A DNA stretch of 32,946 bases from a bacterium (GTDB taxonomy: Bacteria; JAMOTN01). How positions within the stretch are numbered: position 1 is the first letter of the stretch; every line of letters starts with the position of its first letter. This document shows, one piece after another, positions 25,414 through 32,946 of the stretch. Location of the stretch: the NCBI GenBank assembly GCA_027062325.1, contig JAMOTN010000046.1, positions 1 through 32,946 on the forward strand, written 5' to 3'. The position numbers and the translations under genes were made by a program. Below the pieces are notes generated by a model that searched no databases, was not told the origin of the DNA, and saw only the letters and a list, made by a program, of their open reading frames with translations.

Positions 25414-26337
25414 ATGAGTGGAAGGTATTTGGATAAGTGGAAGCTTAGATTAGAGTCTTTGAGTATTACTTCAATACTGTTGATTTTATTGCTAAAGTTG
25501 TTTTTTGAACTAGTTCCTTTAGATATAACAGCTTTAAATGCGCCATTTTCTCACACCAAGGTTGTAAAAGTAGAGTTAAAGTTTGCTGGGAAAGATTTTT
25601 CTGAGAAAAAAAGAAGAACCGTTGAACGTTCTTTTGATTACTCTTCAAGGAGAATAGTTAAGAAATTAGCTGAAAATTTGAAATTTTCGCAATTATCTAA
25701 GCGGCTTGATTACAAGCCCAAAATTTCAAAGAAAAGATTTACGATTTCTGAATTCTGGAAAAAGGGTCAGAATCTTCGTAAGGCAGAAGTTGGATTAGAA
25801 GGAAATAGGAAAAGAATGTTCAAAGTTGATTTTGAGAAAGTTGATTTTAAACCTGCTGGATTTGATGAGGTTGTGAGTAAAGCTAAAAGAAGTGAATTGA
25901 CCATGGTTGGAAAGAGAGAGCCAAATTTAGATGATTCAAAAATCATTGCTTCTATTGCCAAGAAAAAATTTTCTCCACGTGTAGTTAATGAAAGTAAGTT
26001 GAGTGATAATTTAGTTATTTCGAGTTCAAAGAAGAAACGTTTTGTGGTTTCGATAAATGGCAGAAATTATGAATTTGAGAGTGATGTGAAGTTGAAAATG
26101 TTATCGGATGGTGGTCTTTTTTATCCTGACTGGGCGGTCAAAAATGGGATAGAAGGAACTGTTAGGTTGAAATTGATAATAGATAGAGATGGAAACGTGG
26201 AAGATGTTGAAGTGATAAAAGCTCCACCTTCTGCTAAGCTTCTTGATTTTACTGTAAAGAAGGTTAAGCTTTGGAGATTTGTGCCACTGAATAACAAAGT
26301 TGAAGCTATAGTTACAATTAGGTATGTTCTGAAGTAA
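25414..26337 (+). CDS. TonB family energy transducer
   Basis: N-terminal TM. C-terminal YPDWAVKNGIEGTVRLKLIIDRDGNV...VKLWRFVP is a TonB_C pattern. Confidence 0.8.
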   Translation: MSGRYLDKWKLRLESLSITSILLILLLKLFFELVPLDITALNAPFSHTKVVKVELKFAGKDFSEKKRRTVERSFDYSSRRIVKKLAENLKFSQLSKRLDYKPKISKKRFTISEFWKKGQNLRKAEVGLEGNRKRMFKVDFEKVDFKPAGFDEVVSKAKRSELTMVGKREPNLDDSKIIASIAKKKFSPRVVNESKLSDNLVISSSKKKRFVVSINGRNYEFESDVKLKMLSDGGLFYPDWAVKNGIEGTVRLKLIIDRDGNVEDVEVIKAPPSAKLLDFTVKKVKLWRFVPLNNKVEAIVTIRYVLK

Positions 26338-26352
26338 TGGCATCCATACTGC

Positions 26353-27849
26353 CTATCCCCAGAAAAGGCGCTCTGCTGTTTTGACAAATTCTTTGAATTT
26401 TTGTTTGTAAATTTTTACCTTCACTGTTGTTGGAGAACTCCAGATATCTGATATGTCAACAAGATTGCCAACAACTCTGGGGATGAGCTTTGCAGCTTCT
26501 GCGTAGTTTTTTGCTTTGTCAAACATAATAGCAGCTTTGTATAAGAAGAATTTTTTCTCTTGGAACATTTCTGCAAGTTCGAGGTAAACTTTTGCTGCTA
26601 GTGAGGGATGGATATTCTCTGCTGCTTTAGCTTTTAAAAGAGCAATATCTTTATCGTAAGGAAGACGTAAAGAAAGCGCAGTTGCGAGTTGAAAGGCTTT
26701 GTGTGGATCTGTCTTGATCAATTTTTTGATGCGATTGGTTATCAAATTGTAAATTAACTCACCGTTTAGTAGTTTTTTAGAGATTGTGAAATCTTCTGTT
26801 GCATCTATTAAACGAAAATTTATCCATCCTAAAATGAAGAAGTTGACTAGTGAGAGACCTGTTATAAAAAAGTTCATGAAGTATTTTTTGAAAAATGCAG
26901 CTGTAAAGTATGTATAAAACCTGGGTTTGTCATAAGCATTGGCAAGTATAAATCCATAATCCTCTTCAAGCCAAGCTATTTTGAATCTGAGAGCCCACCA
27001 TTTACTTAAATGCTTTGTTGATTTGGAACAAAGTTTCAAGGTGTCTTTTGCTTTTTTTATTTTTCCGTCTTTTATGAGAAATGAGGCTATGAAAAGATAT
27101 ACCTTATCCATCTCTTCAGTGGATTTAAATAGGTACTTTTTTATTATCTTGTGATAAATAAATATCAAACGTGCAAATTTTTCCAGTTCTTCAGGGGATG
27201 AGTTAAATTTGTTTTTCCAAATTTTCTGGACTTTTATGAGCGTTTGAATGCTATTTTTTAGTTCTGCAACAAGAGGATGTTTTGGATTGTAAAATTCTAG
27301 CTTTTTTAGCAATACCTTGACCTTTTCAAAATCTTTTTTCAGCAGGGCTTTTTGTATAAGTTTCGCAAATTTATCTGCCATTGCTTCTTTTAGTTGAGCT
27401 TCGTTTGTAATTGTTTTTCCAGAAGCTACACTAGCTGCGTTGAGGTGAAAAAGTTTTTCTGTGACATTCGATTTTATTAGTTTATCTACTCTTGCTTTGA
27501 GTTTTTTTAAGGGGCAACTTACAAATAATCTCAAATATAGATCCAGTGCTTTTTGTGGATCTTTTTTAGCAAGTTTGATTATCTTATTGGCAATGGGTTG
27601 GTATATCTCCCTGAGTTTTTGTTCTAGTTTTTGCTTTATATCCTGTAGAATGTTTTTCTGTTCTGAAGATAAGGACTTTGATTCAAGTTTTTTAACTAGT
27701 TTATAAGCATCTTCAAAATGTCCTTGAAGCATCTTTAATTTTATCTGTTGTAGCATAAGTTGAAATTGTGCTTTAAGGGGGGAGGCACAGCAGTTATAAT
27801 AGTGGGTTGTAAGGAGAATTAGAATGGGTAAGAGGGTTTTTCTAAGCAC
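26353..27849 (-). CDS. hypothetical helical (TPR-like) membrane protein
   Basis: 498-aa ORF with signal-like N-terminus, internal TM (FFITGLSLVNFFILGWI) and helical repeats. GGGGG RBS. Confidence 0.7.
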   Translation of the reverse strand: MLRKTLLPILILLTTHYYNCCASPLKAQFQLMLQQIKLKMLQGHFEDAYKLVKKLESKSLSSEQKNILQDIKQKLEQKLREIYQPIANKIIKLAKKDPQKALDLYLRLFVSCPLKKLKARVDKLIKSNVTEKLFHLNAASVASGKTITNEAQLKEAMADKFAKLIQKALLKKDFEKVKVLLKKLEFYNPKHPLVAELKNSIQTLIKVQKIWKNKFNSSPEELEKFARLIFIYHKIIKKYLFKSTEEMDKVYLFIASFLIKDGKIKKAKDTLKLCSKSTKHLSKWWALRFKIAWLEEDYGFILANAYDKPRFYTYFTAAFFKKYFMNFFITGLSLVNFFILGWINFRLIDATEDFTISKKLLNGELIYNLITNRIKKLIKTDPHKAFQLATALSLRLPYDKDIALLKAKAAENIHPSLAAKVYLELAEMFQEKKFFLYKAAIMFDKAKNYAEAAKLIPRVVGNLVDISDIWSSPTTVKVKIYKQKFKEFVKTAERLFWG

Positions 27850-27885
27850 TATTTCGCCCCCTGTTAAATTTATTGAAAAGTTGTT

Positions 27886-29082
27886 TTAACCACAGAAGCG
27901 CCTCTTTTCTGTCTCCATTATTATGTTCAAAAACAGCTCGCGTCCTCGGTAGATGTACTCAGATTTACCTAGGACCTCTGCTGCCACTTGAAGAACGTCG
28001 AGAATTAAAAATGCTCCCCTGTAGATCTGTGATGGATCAAAGTTCCATGCAGATGCCCACCAAAATTGACAGGAGTAAAGAGCTTTGTCCATTAAAAGAC
28101 GTAATTTTTCAAATTCTTCTTTCAAAATTTGCTTTTGCCTTAGTTTATCCTCTGCTTCTTTGACGGCTTCAAGAGCGAAGAATAGTAACTCCCATTGTTT
28201 AGCGTGAATGGGGTTGAATTTGCTCTGCCATAAAGGATAAGGGTCGTCGTTTGCAAGATCTGTTGCGGTTGCTGACCATGTAGATGGTGGCACAAAGACA
28301 TCGCGCGCTTCAAACTTTTCCACAAGCTCTGAGATTGTTACCAATTGGAGCTTATCTGAGTTAGCAGCTTCGCACAAAAATGCTCTCAAAAACTTTTCAT
28401 GGTAGTATTTGTGATGATGACCAAATGTTTCTCCATCCATGGCAATTACTATGTAGCCCTCTTCTTCGCCAAACCATTTTTCCATGTCAGATAGAAGTTT
28501 GTAGAAAAATTCATTTCCTTTGTATGAATTAAAGGAGATATCATTGCTGTGGAGATTGGAGCGTAAAACCACTCTTATGTTTCCAACTTTTGGGATGAAG
28601 TTGTATGGAACAAATCCATGATAGTATGAGAATGGTAAGTCATCAGTTATTACCCATTTGTATCCCATTTTGGCAAGGAGCATAGCTAAAGGTGTGCTGT
28701 AGCACATCTCTGGAGGAAATACTCCTTGAGGTTTAAAGTTTGGCATGTAAGTCATGTTACCGGCTTCGTTGAGGCGTAATTGGCGCTTTATTTCCTCTTC
28801 TGGGATTAAGGGGAAAATTGGATGGTAGGCTCCGCTACTTGTAAATTCTATGAAACCTTTACCTGCTGCTTCGTTGAAGTTGTCGAGTATCTCTTTCCAC
28901 CCATGTTTTATGAGTTGTTCAGTCAATGAAAAATTTATGTTAAGAGTAACTTTGGGAGAAATTGATGGATCGTTTAATATTGTAGAGAGCGGTAAATAGC
29001 ATTCTTTAGCAATTTGATCGATTACCCAGCCAATTTGCGTGGGTGGTTGATATATGTGAAGTAAGATTGCAACGTATTTCAT
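27886..29082 (-). CDS. glycoside hydrolase family 57 protein
   Basis: HIYQP, YHPIFPLI, FPPEM (nucleophile region), DGETFGHH (acid/base region), SCQFWWAS. Confidence 0.88.
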   Translation of the reverse strand: MKYVAILLHIYQPPTQIGWVIDQIAKECYLPLSTILNDPSISPKVTLNINFSLTEQLIKHGWKEILDNFNEAAGKGFIEFTSSGAYHPIFPLIPEEEIKRQLRLNEAGNMTYMPNFKPQGVFPPEMCYSTPLAMLLAKMGYKWVITDDLPFSYYHGFVPYNFIPKVGNIRVVLRSNLHSNDISFNSYKGNEFFYKLLSDMEKWFGEEEGYIVIAMDGETFGHHHKYYHEKFLRAFLCEAANSDKLQLVTISELVEKFEARDVFVPPSTWSATATDLANDDPYPLWQSKFNPIHAKQWELLFFALEAVKEAEDKLRQKQILKEEFEKLRLLMDKALYSCQFWWASAWNFDPSQIYRGAFLILDVLQVAAEVLGKSEYIYRGRELFLNIIMETEKRRFCG

Positions 29083-29114
29083 TTGAATCCCTCCTTTAAG
29101 TGGACTTTTGTAAA

Positions 29115-31166
<2,052 letters not shown>

Positions 31167-31181
31167 TTAGTTCACTCCTGT

Positions 31182-32534
31182 TTATGTATTGGCTTCCCAC
31201 TTGAATTTTGCTTCATAGTTGAGTTCATTCTTTAATCTATCCGCTTCCTCTTCAAAGCCTTCACGGCCAAGTAGTGCATAAGTTGCTACTTTTCCAGCTT
31301 CAACTCCCGGCTGATCAAAGGCATTGATATCTAAGTATTCTCCAGCAATTGCAGTTGCCATTTCAAATAAGAAGAAAAGGGCCCCTATGTGTTCTTCGTC
31401 AATTTGGGCAATGCTTATTTCCCAGTTGTAGCAGCCTGAATTTTGAAGAGCTATTTGAGTGGCTGTGCATTCTGTGTTTATCAATCTTGAGAATTCAACA
31501 CCTGATAAGTATTTAATTGAGTAATTTTGGTACATTCCCTCTGGAATTTTTACTTCTTTTCTGAACTTTTCGACTTTTATAAAACCAACGACTTTGTCTT
31601 TTGGACCTTCATTATAGAGCTGAATTTGTGAGTGCTGATCTATGGTTCCAACTGCCTTGACGGGAGTTTGCCCCCACTCGATTACTCGCCCTGATCTTGT
31701 AAAGCGCTTTCCAAGGCTTTCTGCCCATAGTTGTCTGAACCAATCGGAGAGATAATGGAGTTGGGTTGAGTATGGCATGAGGACCAGCATATTGACTCCT
31801 CGTCTGAAAAGAAGAAGGTGTGCAGCTGCAAAAGCTGCAGCAGGGTTGCTTGGGGCTGCTATAGAACACAGCTTTTTCATCTTAGCAGCTCCTTCGAGAA
31901 GTTTTCTTATGTTTATTCCGGAAACAGCAGCAGACAAAAGTCCAACTGGGGTTAGGACAGAAAATCTTCCACCCACAGATGGGGGAATGTGTAGAATTTT
32001 GAAGCCTTCTTCACGTGCAATTTTTAAAAGGTCTCCTTTTTCAGGATCGGTGGTTGCTACAATGTTTTCAGGTTTAACAAGACTCCTTAAGTACATAAAA
32101 GCGGCCATGGTTTCTGCTGTACTTCCTGATTTTGTTATTACGTTGAAACATGTCTTTTCAGGGTTGATCACTTCAAATAAAGCAGCCACGTTTTCGGGAT
32201 CAGGATTATCTATGAAAAATATGCGTGGTTTATTGATAAAATTGTGATATGGGTGATTAAGCGCAGTATGTAATACAAGGTTTCCGAGGTTTGAGCCTCC
32301 TATTCCAACGATAACGAAATTTTCAAACTTTTGTCGAATTTCATCTGCTAGAGTTTCTATTTCTGAAATTAGTTTTTCTTCTGTTTCGGGAAGAGAAATA
32401 AAACCGTAATTGGCTTTCAATACCTCATCTGTATATGGAGCAACCTCTTTTATAAAAGAAGCCAATTCATTTGGGTCTAAGGCTCCCTTAGTTCTGAGAT
32501 TAGTTATACCGTCAAGTTTGAACTCAATTTTCAT
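31182..32534 (-). CDS. pgi: glucose-6-phosphate isomerase
   Basis: GIGGSNLG, TKSGSTAET, VGGRFSV, QLWAESLGK, DQHSQIQ, FDQPGVEAGK. Confidence 0.97.
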   Translation of the reverse strand: MKIEFKLDGITNLRTKGALDPNELASFIKEVAPYTDEVLKANYGFISLPETEEKLISEIETLADEIRQKFENFVIVGIGGSNLGNLVLHTALNHPYHNFINKPRIFFIDNPDPENVAALFEVINPEKTCFNVITKSGSTAETMAAFMYLRSLVKPENIVATTDPEKGDLLKIAREEGFKILHIPPSVGGRFSVLTPVGLLSAAVSGINIRKLLEGAAKMKKLCSIAAPSNPAAAFAAAHLLLFRRGVNMLVLMPYSTQLHYLSDWFRQLWAESLGKRFTRSGRVIEWGQTPVKAVGTIDQHSQIQLYNEGPKDKVVGFIKVEKFRKEVKIPEGMYQNYSIKYLSGVEFSRLINTECTATQIALQNSGCYNWEISIAQIDEEHIGALFFLFEMATAIAGEYLDINAFDQPGVEAGKVATYALLGREGFEEEADRLKNELNYEAKFKWEANT

Positions 32535-32663
32535 CTTACTCCCTCCCAGTTGTTGAGATTATTTGAGATTATTACTTATTATAAAATATAAGCGTAAAAT
32601 AAGCATTAGCACGAGAAAATGGAAAATGTAAAACAGCTAGAGCTTTTGGTGGAGGAGAAGTGC

Positions 32664-32946
32664 GTGGGGAGAGTAATTTTGTGTTTGCTTATTTTGATGA
32701 CTTCAGGAATGTTGCAAGCTCTATCTGACGTTCCGGAATTAACATATACGATTGCGGATTGGTTGAAGTGGACGTATTTTTTGGATAGTGAGGAAGCTTA
32801 TAATGAAGCAAGAGGAATTGTTGCACTGTACATGGAAGGGAAAGATAAGGGGTATGACAATGAACCTGATGCCAAACTTCTAATTAAGTGGGCAGAGCGG
32901 GGGCTTTGTTGGCGCTATATAGTGTCAATGCTAGATGAGAGATTTG
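32664..32946 (+). CDS. exported hypothetical protein, 3'-truncated by window edge
   Basis: GGAGGAG RBS (32651-32657) and GTG at 32664. Open frame MGRVILCLLILMTSGMLQALSDVPELTY... to the window end, with a signal-peptide-like N-terminus. Confidence 0.7.
   Translation, partial: MGRVILCLLILMTSGMLQALSDVPELTYTIADWLKWTYFLDSEEAYNEARGIVALYMEGKDKGYDNEPDAKLLIKWAERGLCWRYIVSMLDERF

Noticed and set aside
32606-32632. TTAGCAC as a CIRCE element
   Set aside because: No matching GAGTGCTAA arm, and no chaperone gene downstream.

Overview
AT-rich chromosomal window from a flagellated, probably diderm and thermophilic bacterium (outer-membrane beta-barrel, TonB, TrmI, GH57). It holds the end of a dcw cluster (murB-ddl-ftsQ-ftsA) followed by TWO full-length, divergent ftsZ genes in tandem and an outer-membrane barrel gene. 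Next come rpsO-pnp-thiN, an isolated and much enlarged flgK-flgL pair, a three-gene operon of largely unknown function ending in a degenerate LolE/FtsX-like permease, hsp20 with a sigma-54-type promoter, pseudopilin-trmI-prmA, a thioredoxin-like protein, TPR-FlgJ(rod-binding)-TonB, and pgi-ligA-GH57-hypothetical. No rRNA, tRNA, CRISPR array or mobile element was recognised. The most notable feature is the ftsZ pair. FtsZ1 lacks the C-terminal linker and FtsA-binding peptide and has an altered T7 loop; FtsZ2 keeps a long tail. The two genes are in the same frame, separated only by TAG-GGG. All calls come from reading motifs by eye; no database search was run.
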